DNA of 64,000 nt, taken from contig SMSO01000032.1 in the NCBI GenBank assembly GCA_004764695.1, positions 5,488,483 to 5,552,482 of the forward strand. Direction: 5' to 3'. This DNA comes from Schizochytrium sp. TIO01. Taxonomy: Eukaryota > Protista > Bigyra: Labyrinthulomycetes. Under the pieces are notes generated by a model. It did not search any database and had not been told where the DNA came from. It saw only the letters and a list, made by a program, of their open reading frames with translations. The position numbers were made by a program, and so were the translations under genes. This document shows positions 35,127-46,126 of this stretch, one piece after another (position 1 is the first letter of the stretch; every line of letters starts with the position of its first letter).

Positions 35127-36263
35127 TTTAGAGCATGTGACTACGTGTGAGTGAGGCTGGCAAGCAAGTTGTCTCCTGAGTCATGTCGAAAGGAGGCGCG
35201 TTGTGCATGATGGACTGGCCATACTCACCCCAAAGGGAAAATGAATATTCCCCAACCTGCAACTCACTTGAGAACTTCGTTCACTCATATTCACTTAGAC
35301 AGAAGAACCGTTGCTATGTTTTCGACTCTGTCAGCTGGTGTCAAGTTAGTCAGTTAGACAACCAAATGCCGCATTCTTTCCTCGTACTTATGCCAACAGT
35401 GAACATCAACAAACACAACAAACATATATAGATTTATGTATATGAGGATGCAGCGCAGCAGGTAGCTCTTGCTCGAGCATATGATGCTTCACAATTTTGC
35501 CTCAAGAGAAAACGATCCAACAAAGGTAAAAACATTGTATGACATGGGTCTCGTTTTCTGTTGTGCAAACTATTCATACTTTTGAGCTCTCTTTGAGGAC
35601 TGTCTCAAAACACTTCAAAAGGCCACCTGCGGTTTGGAACAACAAGATTCTGTCACAAACAAACAACGAAACAAACAACAAAATATGGTAAGGCTCGGGT
35701 GCAATTTGCCACCATTTCTGGCTTTTGCGCAATCCATTTCTCTTGATACCCTAGGTTATCATCTTAATGCCGTTAATAATAATTAGTACAACCTTTCGCT
35801 AACAAGCGTACCTCTTGTCACCATCTTCATGCCTGTGGCAATCTCCAAATCCTTGTCTTGCTAATGGATTAAAGTCCAAGACTAAAAGGAAACCACCGTA
35901 AAATGGCACTCTGACTTGGATCCTTGCTGGAAGCAATTCACTCAGCAATTAAAATCAGTTTTGTTGAGATGTGCATAAGATTATGCTAAAGCAAGGTAGT
36001 GAACTCTGCATATTGGTTAAGGAGTCTTCTTTTTTTAATAACAAATTTGTGAAATACAAACCTGGAAGAGAGTATTTGTGTCAAACTTGCAACGGTTTGA
36101 AGTGGATATGTAGAAATATAAGTCTTCTTGTATCATAAAATTCACTACTCACAATTATAGCATAGAGCTTCGGGAAACGAAAGGTATAAAGAAAGGGGAA
36201 AAAAGGGTTCACATGTTTATTTGAAAAAGGTTATCACGCTGCAAGTTTATTAACTAAAACTAA

Positions 36264-38195
36264 TTAGATCATCTTTGTTGTCGCAATGATCATTTGTGCT
36301 GCCACCTCCTTTGTGTTAGCTTCACTGCGACGAAGCTCGCGGACACGTTTCTCCAACTGCCTAATTTTCTTTTCAACATGGCGCGGAGTCTGTTGTCTCA
36401 TGATAAGCACCTCTGAGTCCGAGTCATACTTTGGTCCTTCACATTCCAAAGTCTGATTCTCGTTTGTGTTACTTCTGGTCTGTTGGTATTTCTTAGATAA
36501 TAATGACATTCCAGGGGCAACTCGACCAATCTTTTTAGCATTGCACTTGCATGTTAGCTTGTGCTCCAGTAAAAGCCTCTCTACGTGTGTCCGCTGCATT
36601 GTCTCTGTCTTGGCCAGACGTGTTGAAGACATTTCACGCCGCTCTGCGTCAATGAGACGCGCTTGGAGTTCAGAGAAACTTGTCTGGGCAGCTTGTAAGG
36701 CAGCCTCCGCCCCAACACAACGAGCTTTCTCTGCTTCAAGATTTGCCTGCAAAGCTTCAAGACGTTCTTGATATTGCACGCGAAGTTGCTCAGAGAAGGA
36801 GCTTCGTTTCAGGTTCTGTTGAAGGAGTTCTGCATTCTCAGTCCGCAAGTCGCACAAATTCTCCTTGGCAAGTTCAAGCTCAAGAGACGCTTTACTTAAG
36901 TTTGTCTGAAGTTCTCGTGCGCGAACTCTCTCGTGTTGTAGCGCCTGTTCATTCTGTTCCGCAAGGGTCGCAAGCTTGTCAAGATTCTCCAAAAGCTTAT
37001 CTTTGCCTGCGTCAGACTCAGTCATTCTGTTTGCCGCTAGCTCAAGATCCTTTCGTAGCTGAACATTCGTAGCCCGGAGTTCCTCGACTCCCTTCGCCAA
37101 CGATTCTTTTTCCTCAAGATTTTTGCGTAGCTGGGCGTTAGTAGCACACAATTCTTCTTTGAGTTCGTTTACTAACGTCGTTTTCTGCTCAAGGTCCTTA
37201 CATATTTGTCCGCTTGTAGTATGTAGTTCCTCAACTTCCTTTGCCAAAGCCTCGTGTTGCTCAAGCTTCTTGCGTAAATGGGAGTTTTCAGCAGATGCCC
37301 CCTCGAGTTCATTTGCAAGCGCTGTTTTCTGCTCAAGGTCCTTACATAGTTGTCTGTTTGCACTCTGAAGTTCTTCGACTTCCTTGGCAAGGAACTCTTT
37401 CACCTTTCTGTCAGCCTCTACCTGTTGCATGTTGTGCTCGTTGTTGGATTGATTTGCAATGCTTGGTTGCGGAGAACAAGGGCTTTCCGTCTCCTGCTGC
37501 ATATGAGCTTTCTCTAAAGCCACGAGTTTAGCTCGCCATTCATCTCGTTCCTGGCAAAGTTGCTCCTCACGCCGTTTATGCTGTCGAGCTAGCTGTGCTT
37601 CTCGCTGGGCCCACTCAGCCTTTTGTGATTTGTAATGATCCCGCTCACGTTCTAACTCACGGCGAAGGCGACGCGCAGACTTGATACTGCTAGAATCGTT
37701 GTCATCTTCGCGCTGCACAGCGTCGAGCCTTGGATGATTATTGTTATTATTGTGGCGATTGTTTTGACTTTGTTGTTCGTATGCAGCCTGTCGAACTCGT
37801 GCGTCGCGCTCATTTTTCAAGCGCTCAAACATCTCACGATAGTATGCGTCAAGCGGGCTGTCCCAAGTAGATTCGTGAGTTTCTTCATTGAGGAAGTAGG
37901 TTTTCTTGGAGGATTGGTCAACAATTTCTACCCAAGGGTACGCAAGCTCTGCCACCAGAGCCTCTTCAGCAATCCATAGGAACTCTTTGTCGAGGTAGGG
38001 GTCAATGCCAAGCAGCTGTGCATGTGCAACAACGGCCTCTTCCATGGCGCGTGATGTCTCATGGTCCGGAATCTCAAGCATAATTTTACGAGGGTCGGCG
38101 AACTTGTCTGCGTTTTTCTCCATAGAGCGTTTGCGAAGCACTTCTAACGAGTAGCTTGGAATATCGCTGCAGTCGTCATCCTCTAGTCTCATCAT
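36264..38195 (-). CDS. CEP164-like WW-domain coiled-coil protein
   Basis: AQLLGIDPYLDKEFLWIAEEAL...PW...TYFLNEETHESTWDSPLDAYY resembles the CEP164 N-terminal WW module. Long coiled coil with internal repeats. First ATG at 38195. Confidence 0.8.
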   Translation of the reverse strand: MMRLEDDDCSDIPSYSLEVLRKRSMEKNADKFADPRKIMLEIPDHETSRAMEEAVVAHAQLLGIDPYLDKEFLWIAEEALVAELAYPWVEIVDQSSKKTYFLNEETHESTWDSPLDAYYREMFERLKNERDARVRQAAYEQQSQNNRHNNNNNHPRLDAVQREDDNDSSSIKSARRLRRELERERDHYKSQKAEWAQREAQLARQHKRREEQLCQERDEWRAKLVALEKAHMQQETESPCSPQPSIANQSNNEHNMQQVEADRKVKEFLAKEVEELQSANRQLCKDLEQKTALANELEGASAENSHLRKKLEQHEALAKEVEELHTTSGQICKDLEQKTTLVNELKEELCATNAQLRKNLEEKESLAKGVEELRATNVQLRKDLELAANRMTESDAGKDKLLENLDKLATLAEQNEQALQHERVRARELQTNLSKASLELELAKENLCDLRTENAELLQQNLKRSSFSEQLRVQYQERLEALQANLEAEKARCVGAEAALQAAQTSFSELQARLIDAERREMSSTRLAKTETMQRTHVERLLLEHKLTCKCNAKKIGRVAPGMSLLSKKYQQTRSNTNENQTLECEGPKYDSDSEVLIMRQQTPRHVEKKIRQLEKRVRELRRSEANTKEVAAQMIIATTKMI

Positions 38196-38808
38196 TGTCT
38201 TCACTAAAGCAACTTGGCTAACCTTACACAGCTATTGAGGGGTTTATTTGTATCACAAGTTGAAAGCGATCGACAGAAGCGATCGCTCTCTGGGAAGTGG
38301 AGCAGAGTCGTAAAGCAAGAGTTTCCTGTTCGCCTGATGTTCTTGCTTGAACTGCCCCCACGAGGCGAACAGCGCCGTTCTTTATCAGATCTACCTCTAA
38401 TTTCGTGTTTCTGACGCATGAAACCCGTACCCAAGGCATTAGAAGCTTAAATACAAGGATGGGAAACTAAAGTTAGCCAACTACTAAATACTACTATTAT
38501 AGTACACGGAGGTGGTGCACACCTGACGGTTGACCTAGGGGTTGATATAAAGAAGCGTATCATTAATCACGAGGTCATGGGAGACCAGATCACAGCAGAA
38601 AACCCTAACTCTTGTGAAGTGAAATAAGGGAACTGCGTGCCGTGACTTTGCAACAATTTCTACTCGTCGTTTTTTGGTTTTGATCAGGGTATGTGTATAA
38701 AACTTCCACGGGTCGCTGAAAGCCAAACTTGTTGGCTCAAAGCAATGATTGGTCTCATTAAATAAAATAAACGTTCGCAGAAGAAGGGCGTGCGTGGTCC
38801 AAGTATTC

Positions 38809-39888
38809 TTAGAAAACTCGAAATGTTGCAGAGACACCGAAATGGTCACTCGGGTAGAGGCTTGAGTTCTCCGGGTGGGGTGCGAGGGCCTCCAGCGAAG
38901 CACGGACTACTTGCACTGGGCCCCGAAAGAAAATATAGTCAATACATTCTTCAGGAACTGTATGTTTTGTGGGACACTCATGTTGTTGATGAAAGGTTTT
39001 CTCCGGTTCATGCCCATGCGCAGCTTCGTATGCACTCCGGAAACCGTATTCAGCAACAAAACTGTGGAGACGCTCGTGAGGTTGGGCATTCATATCTCCC
39101 ATCATGATTACAGCGTCTTGAGGTTCCATATTTTCATCCGACTCTAGCCAGAGAAGAATTCTGAGAAACTCTCGAGTGCGTTGCTCCTGGCAAAGTTGGA
39201 TTTCTTTTAAGGTTGCGCCTTCAGGGGTGTCGGTAAGATGCGTGTTGACTACCCAGACGTTGCGGTGCGCGGTTTGTGCAGGGTCAAGTGGAACGCGAAT
39301 GAGCGTTTTTTGAGCAGTTCTGTATGTGCCACCTACAAGAAGCGGTGCGTGGGACTGTGGCTGAAGAGCTTTCTTACACATGGTCACATTACTAAACGTC
39401 CATACGGACCCAAGCGTGAGGTAAAAGATAAGGCCTAGAATGGGCATGTGAAAGAGAGCTGCACCATCGACCACTGAAAGTACTAGTTCAAGAAAGTAAT
39501 CGTTGAAGAGGAAGCACAAATCGCGTAGCAGCAATCCAAGCCTGCTATTGAAGAGGAAGGTAAAGATTCTACCAATGATGGCTGTTTGGCTCAAATAAGA
39601 TGGCAAACATACATCGCATTTTACAAGGACGTCTTCCCCAGTGCTTGTGAGGGCCTCCGCGAGTCTCTTTTCTTGTCCAAACCATGCTCCACCAGTGCCA
39701 ACTTCTTGCAGACCGACCACATCGTGGCCGCGAATAGTGTCCTTCATGAGCGGTTCTCGTGTATGATGCCTATCTAGAACAAATCTGGTGTTAAGCGTGA
39801 GAACCTTGATCTCAGCACTCCCAGAGAAGTGTGCCTCAGGAGCCTCCATTGTGCCCTCAAAGGCCTTCCTCAGTAGTGGTGCCCTCAT
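38809..39888 (-). CDS. Endonuclease/exonuclease/phosphatase (EEP) family hydrolase with hydrophobic insert
   Basis: All EEP motifs are present: LTLN, GLQEV, VNTHL, GDMN, IDYIF and PSDHFGV. First ATG at 39888. Confidence 0.88.
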   Translation of the reverse strand: MRAPLLRKAFEGTMEAPEAHFSGSAEIKVLTLNTRFVLDRHHTREPLMKDTIRGHDVVGLQEVGTGGAWFGQEKRLAEALTSTGEDVLVKCDVCLPSYLSQTAIIGRIFTFLFNSRLGLLLRDLCFLFNDYFLELVLSVVDGAALFHMPILGLIFYLTLGSVWTFSNVTMCKKALQPQSHAPLLVGGTYRTAQKTLIRVPLDPAQTAHRNVWVVNTHLTDTPEGATLKEIQLCQEQRTREFLRILLWLESDENMEPQDAVIMMGDMNAQPHERLHSFVAEYGFRSAYEAAHGHEPEKTFHQQHECPTKHTVPEECIDYIFFRGPVQVVRASLEALAPHPENSSLYPSDHFGVSATFRVF

Positions 39889-41255
39889 TTTTACGAGTTT
39901 CCGATCAGGTTCGCAGTTTGCCAGACCACCGTCCTTCAATCAGATTGCAGTTTGTTTGTTCACTGCACCTCAACACGTCGAGTCGAGGAATGCAATTTGG
40001 TGCACTCTAACGCGATCCCCTTTTACGATCTTTTGGAGTAGTACACTACTTACTACCTGTGCACGTGCCACGTCTCCCTCAATGTCTCTTGTCGGAGTCT
40101 CTGTGTTGTCCCAAGAGCTTGCAAGGGGCGAGCGTCCTGGCCTCGTTTTCTCAAAGGTGGTGGTGGTGGGGGGGGGGGGGCTGGGTTGACCTATGCCAGG
40201 ACCTTGCTCAGGTCCAGCGGCAGCCTCTACGCCAGAATGCAATAAAGGCAGCCTGACTTCAATGGGATTGCCCACTCGCCTCTGCGCAATCAATCAATTA
40301 TTGTTTTGCTGGTTTAACTTTTCCTTCTTTTTTATTTTGTTTGTTTTAGAAGAAAAAAATCCTTTTCACTTTTCTTTTAATTTTATTATTTTTTTTCCTC
40401 CTAAAAAACTGTTTTTCTGATTGAAATAAATAAATATGTTCGCTGTACCTCGTATTCCCTTGTCTTGTATTATATCTTCACTTCACAGGCGCTATCCATG
40501 GTACCTCTTACTTATTTATTTTTTATTTATTCATTCATTCATTCATTCCCTGTAAGAGAGAGAGAGAGAGAGAGAGAAGGTCTCCTCGAAACCTCTGGCA
40601 CTGGAAGGTCCTGTTTCTTGCTGTACTTTAGGAGCTTCGCACGCGTGAAGGGTGTCGCTAAGGTATCGCAGCCGCTGCGGCGTCCTTCGCCTCAAGCTCC
40701 TCACTCGTTGTGGAGATCCGACCGGCGGAAGATACATAGATGCATAGACAGGTAAACAGATATTCATTGCACAAGCAAGCAAGGGTCCAAAGGGGGGGAA
40801 AGGCGGAGAGGCGCGTGCCCTAAACCAGAACTTGGAGGAAGAGACGGGGCTCCTCAGTCCCATAAGGCCATCTACCCATGACTACTGCAGTGGGAGCAAT
40901 GAGAGGAAAGGAAGGTAGCAGGGCGGTGGCGACGGATAACAAGACACGGTGTCGCCGCGCTTGTTCATCATCACTATCATCCTCATCGCCATCGCTGTCA
41001 TCGCCATCACCAAGACCATACATACCATCAGCCAGCTCTTGGGATGGCTTGAGGCGATCCTGGCCGCTGTCCAGCACGGCACCGAACCCTGGTCGGCGAG
41101 GGTGGCAGGGAAAGGGCTTGCGAGCTTGGGTCCGAACCTGGTCGAGTTGGGCTGCGCCGTGGATTGAACAAGCAATTGTAACACAAGTTAGTCAGTTCTC
41201 AGCAACCTTCTAAGTGAGTGAATAAGGTCTATGAGGACGAGATTACAGGAAAGCA

Positions 41256-41320
41256 CTCAACTCAACTCAACTCAACTCAACTCAATTCAACTCAACTCAA
41301 TTCAACTCAACTCAATTCAA
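41256..41320. repeat. (CTCAA)n microsatellite, 13 units
   Basis: Directly visible. Confidence 0.95.
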
Positions 41321-41326
41321 GCAAAC

Positions 41327-42310
41327 CGATGCATCGTCCAACGAGAACAAACAAGCGGCGCCACCACTTTGGCAAGCTTGATGGACTCCTCGCGGTGAAA
41401 GCTGCGCGAAGGAGTGAGTATCGGTTGTCGGTTGTAGTCGCAGTCGATCTGTAATTCGCAATGGGCGGCACCGCTGGCTTGGAGATTGCTTGCTTGCATT
41501 GCTCGCATAGCTTGCAGCCTGATCGAGTCGCATCGCATCGAATGGAATCGAGGTCGAACTCCTTTGCGTCGTGCAAGCTAGCCGCCAGACTACACACTCA
41601 TAGTACTTACTTCCTGGCCGGCGCAAGGGTGGCGTCGAGACGAGCCGGGTCCTCGTAGGCTGCGATTTTCTAGAGAGCTTTCAGACGCTGTATACTACCT
41701 CCTCCAGGTTGGGCTTGCTTGTGGTAGCGGCTGCAGCAAGTCAAGTCAAAAGCCAAGCATCAGCCGTGGGCTCTGCGGTGATGGCGTTCGCCACAACGCG
41801 CCGCGACAACTGCAGCAGGAGCAGCATTGGGCGGTCGGTGGGTCGGTGGGTCTTCGAGGAATCGGAATCGATCCATCCATCGCAATGGATGGCATCCATG
41901 CATGCATTCATGTCATGGCAGGGAATGGCATGGCATGTCATGTCATGTCATGCTTGCATGCATTCATGTATGTCTGCGTGCGAGAGCGGAGCCCAACGAG
42001 TTTGACGCGGTGGTCGGTCGTGGCGGATGACAACGGCTGGCAAGAAGGCACCCTTGGGTCTTGAGGCGGCGCGTATGAACGAGCATCTGGCCGGCCTTTG
42101 CATCGGCAAAGCCCTCGAATGGCTGCAAATCGCGAGGGTTTCAACGTATCGCGAGGGTTTCAACGAGCTTGGGAGGGTCCCTCCGCTTACGCTTATTGCC
42201 ATGCGGATTATGAGCGTTGCGAGATCTGTGTAGGTGCCACCTTCGCCAAAGCTGCCGAAGCGTACAGTGCCTCGCGATTAGGCTTCGAGCTACCTGCGCG
42301 TTCACGTTCT
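41327..42310 (+). pseudogene. Decayed GC-rich, probably intron-containing ankyrin-repeat gene remnant
   Basis: Fragments NKQAAPPLWQA, KGGVETSRVLV, GKKAPLGLEAARMNEHL and NELGRVPPLTL lie in shifting frames, separated by microsatellite-rich spacers. A 19-bp tandem duplication occurs at 42129-42165. Confidence 0.3.
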
Positions 42311-44386
42311 TGAATGAAGTCTCGCCTTACAGCAGGCAGACAGGCAAGCAAGTGCTCGCAAGTGCGCTCTCTGCAAGAAACGAGGCTGCAGCATCTCAGC
42401 CGCATGCATCTCAGCCGCATGCATCTCAGCAGCAGCAGCCTGACCGCGAGCAGTGAGTGAGTGGCTGCTGCAATTCAAGCAGCGCGCAGGAAACCGCCGC
42501 GAGGGTCTTCTCCGCTGGCGGTTCGCTTCGAGGTCATCGCCACCCTCGACAGCGCCAGCTCGGCCTTGGCCAAGATGGTGGCAATGACCTCCTTAGAGGC
42601 GTCTACGCGATCCGTAGCACATGCAATTGATTCCTTGGCGACATAGAAACTGAAAGTTGGAGGTAATTGACTAATTGAGTAGTCAATCAGTTAATTAATT
42701 GATGCGCCGGTGAGAAGTCCCCCTCTTCTTCCGCGTCTCGAGAGACCTTTCCGGCTGCCGGCAAATCAGATCGCTCGCGAGTGCCTAAACTTAACACGCA
42801 CTGTGCCTCGGTTCGCGCAATATTCATCGAGTTTGCTTCTTCACTGTACGAGTGCTCATGTGGTGCTTTGATCGAGCACTTTTTATTTTTTAAGAGCCAA
42901 GCTTTGTTTAGGTTTAACTTCTTTTTTCTTTTTCTCTTTCTTTTTCTTGTTTGTTCTCGTTTTATTCAGCATATCATGATTGTTTATTGCTCTAGAGTGT
43001 AAGTACTATTCCGATATTATAAAAAGAGGAATGAAACATTTGAATGAAATTAATTAACAAACTTTAATTAACAAAAACAACTTTCGATGCCTGGAAGGAA
43101 GGAAAGAAAGAAACAAAAGCTATTTTTTTCTTCTTCCTTTTCCTTTCTTTTCCTTTCTTTTCCTTCCTTTTCTTTTCTTTTTATTTGCGAATATAGTGTC
43201 ATAATTTTAGGGTGTGTGCCACAGTGCAGATCATGTGAATTTGGGTTCTTGATGGACGACTTGAAGAACCAGGAGCTCAGAGATGAGCCTTGCGCTGCCT
43301 GCCTACCTGCATGACCGCCGTCTGCTGTAGAGGCCCAGGTCATCGAAGGGAGGCGCCGAAGGTAACGAGGTGCAGAAGAGCCTGCGTTTCAACGGAAAGT
43401 CGCTTTCGGGGTACTTTCTGCCTGAGCCGCTTGCGACATGCAAGAGTCGTGGAATCGTTGCATCGAACGAAGGCCGTCGCTCGTCCAGGGCTTGAAGTGC
43501 GTACGGCGACAGGGAAATGAAAAGCTTGCTGGTTGAGACGCGAATCGCTCAAGGCGACTCTTGAAGAATTCTCGTTAAAGACCCTCGTTTAGACGCCGTT
43601 GGAAAGTCCGCGGAGGAGGAAGTGCGTGCGTGCGTGGTCTTCGTTTCATGGTGGCGATCACTTCAACTTGCCGCCTTCCATCAGAGTCACCGGAGCAAGA
43701 CAGGTTTCTCCGTGCCGAGACAGGCAGGCAGGCAGGCAAACCTCCTCCAGGCGCCCCGTGTTTTGAACTACCTACCAGTGCGTAGTTGAACCATCACAGG
43801 TAGGTCCCTTCCGCACCTCGGCCATTGCAAGTTCGTCGCTGCAACCTGTGCTTTAGGAAAGAGGCGCCAAGGTTACTAAGGAGGAGGTACGAGAAGGTAG
43901 GTACTTGCTTAGGGAGCAGCTGAAGGGTTGCGACGAGAGCGATAGTACTACTGACACGCTAGCATACTGGATACGAGACTGTGTTTGCTTGTCTCCTGGT
44001 ATCGCCGCACCAGAGGACAGAGAAACCAGTAGGTGCATTCCGTACCGCTTGATTAGAGTAGAAGATATCTTGGGGGCAAGAGAGACCTAGTCTAGCTAGA
44101 GAAACGTGCATGCATCTCTTGCTTCGGGTATTTGCACGCCTGAACATCTAGCGAGCAGCCGCAAGTTCTTCTGTGGTGAGTTGAACGAGGGACTTGGAGC
44201 GAGCAAATCACAAAAGAGGTCTAGTCGCCTAGGTCTTTGTAGTTAAGCAACCTGGTTGGAAGTACCATAGTGGCAGAAGAACATTGGGTGTGTGATTATC
44301 TTCTTCAATTATATTACACATGTACAAGGAAGAGGCGAAGTGCTCGTTATATTTTGCACTAACTACTATATAAGGAAAACGAAGCC

Positions 44387-45766
44387 ATGGTGCTGATGAA
44401 TTTGCTCAAATCTGCGCGAGTATTGTTTTACGGCGTGGGACCCGAGGAAATGGCAGAGAATGCGAAGGAAAATCACGTTCCCGACTATCTGCTACATGCA
44501 ATTCCTGTGTTTTTAGTGATGATTGCAATTGAATTTGTGATTGGCTTAGCCCGCGGTCAGAAGTTATACAGAGCTAACGACACGATTTCAAGCATCCTCC
44601 TGGGCTCTTTACAAACTCTTATGGGCTATTGGTTTCAGTTTGTGAATATTGCACTCTTTGCCTATATATATGAGCACTTTCACTTTGTCGATCTTGATCC
44701 AGCGAGATGGACCACATGGATTCTATCGCTCCTCGGCGTAGAGCTGGGATATTATTGGCTTCACCGTACGGCGCATGAGTATCATGTACTATGGATTGGC
44801 CACTCTGTTCATCATAGTGGTGAAGACTACAATCTTGCCACGGCACTACGTCAAGGCGTCTTACAAATGACTTACAGCTTCATTTTTATGTTGCCCAATG
44901 CGCTCTTTGTGCCTCCGTTGATTTATGCCCACCATCGGGCTTTAAATACACTGTTCCAATTCTGGATTCATACAAGCGTGATTGGTTCGCTGGGGCCCCT
45001 CGAGTATATCTTTAATACTGCTTCTCACCACCGGATGCACCATCGTCCACCGGGGAACTGCAATTATGGTGGGGTTTTGATCATTTACGATCGTATGTTC
45101 GGAACCTTTGTCGCAGAGGACGAGCAAAAGGACATTTATGGTCTAGCCAAACAGTATTCCACCTTTGACCCTGTGTGGGCTAACGTCGAGCACGGCAGGC
45201 GTATGCTGGAAAATATTGGAAACGGTAAGACGCGAAGTTGGGGGTTCTATTTAGCGCTGCTGACCAAGCGACGCGTCAAGCATAAAAAAGTGTTCAGGGT
45301 GAGTGGACTTTGGCAGCCTTTGCCATCACCGAAGCGTTCACTGTGGGCGAAGCCTGTATCTAACACTCGAACAAGATACGATGGAGATGAATCTGCCCAA
45401 CGTCTCTCGCTAAAGATATATGCCATGTTCTTAGTCGTTGGTGCAATACTCCTGACAGTGATAAGTCTTGTATTTGCTTCTAGTATGACCACGATAGACG
45501 CCATTGGTGTTCAACTTGTAGGAATATTTCTCTATGCCGCCATTGGTCGTTTGCTCGACGGGCTCTCACCCTTTAGTATCAACCTCAACACAGCTCGTAT
45601 TCTGATTTTCTTATGTATCTCCAGTTGGCTCCGTACTATTTCTGTGTCAGACTATCGATTTGACATCATCTTCCAGTACGCTCAATACTTCACATCGATT
45701 GATGCGCTCCTGTGGTTTCTCGTGCTTCGCTTTGTAAAGCAAGACTTTCCCAAGATTAAATTATAA
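44387..45766 (+). CDS. AGMO: Alkylglycerol monooxygenase (fatty acid hydroxylase superfamily)
   Basis: Eight-His motif set YYWLHRTAHE, HSVHHSGEDYNLATALRQ, QFWIHT and SHHRMHH, plus NYGGVLIIYDRMFGTF. Multi-TM C-terminus. Confidence 0.88.
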   Translation: MVLMNLLKSARVLFYGVGPEEMAENAKENHVPDYLLHAIPVFLVMIAIEFVIGLARGQKLYRANDTISSILLGSLQTLMGYWFQFVNIALFAYIYEHFHFVDLDPARWTTWILSLLGVELGYYWLHRTAHEYHVLWIGHSVHHSGEDYNLATALRQGVLQMTYSFIFMLPNALFVPPLIYAHHRALNTLFQFWIHTSVIGSLGPLEYIFNTASHHRMHHRPPGNCNYGGVLIIYDRMFGTFVAEDEQKDIYGLAKQYSTFDPVWANVEHGRRMLENIGNGKTRSWGFYLALLTKRRVKHKKVFRVSGLWQPLPSPKRSLWAKPVSNTRTRYDGDESAQRLSLKIYAMFLVVGAILLTVISLVFASSMTTIDAIGVQLVGIFLYAAIGRLLDGLSPFSINLNTARILIFLCISSWLRTISVSDYRFDIIFQYAQYFTSIDALLWFLVLRFVKQDFPKIKL

Positions 45767-46126
45767 GCTGTGTGATGGCAGGCAATAAGAATTTTACTTT
45801 CATAGAGCATAATAGCCTAGGTTGCGAAGTAAACGATGCTTCGGCGCCCAAGATGATGCCTTCCCCTCCCCCCTACCTTTGATATATTTTAAAGCATCCA
45901 TTATTCAGTATTTATGGCCTTATCAAAATTGCGACTAACTATGTATTCTTGCTGCTAGAGACAACATCAATTCGCAGATGTGTGACGAATCCACGTACTT
46001 GGAAATCGATTGTCATGGATGAACAGTTTATAAACATGTCTTTTAGAATAGCCACAAAAATGTACAAAAATGAATCTCATCGACAGTTTTCCTTTATCAA
46101 AAAAGTACTTCTATATTAGCATCAGT

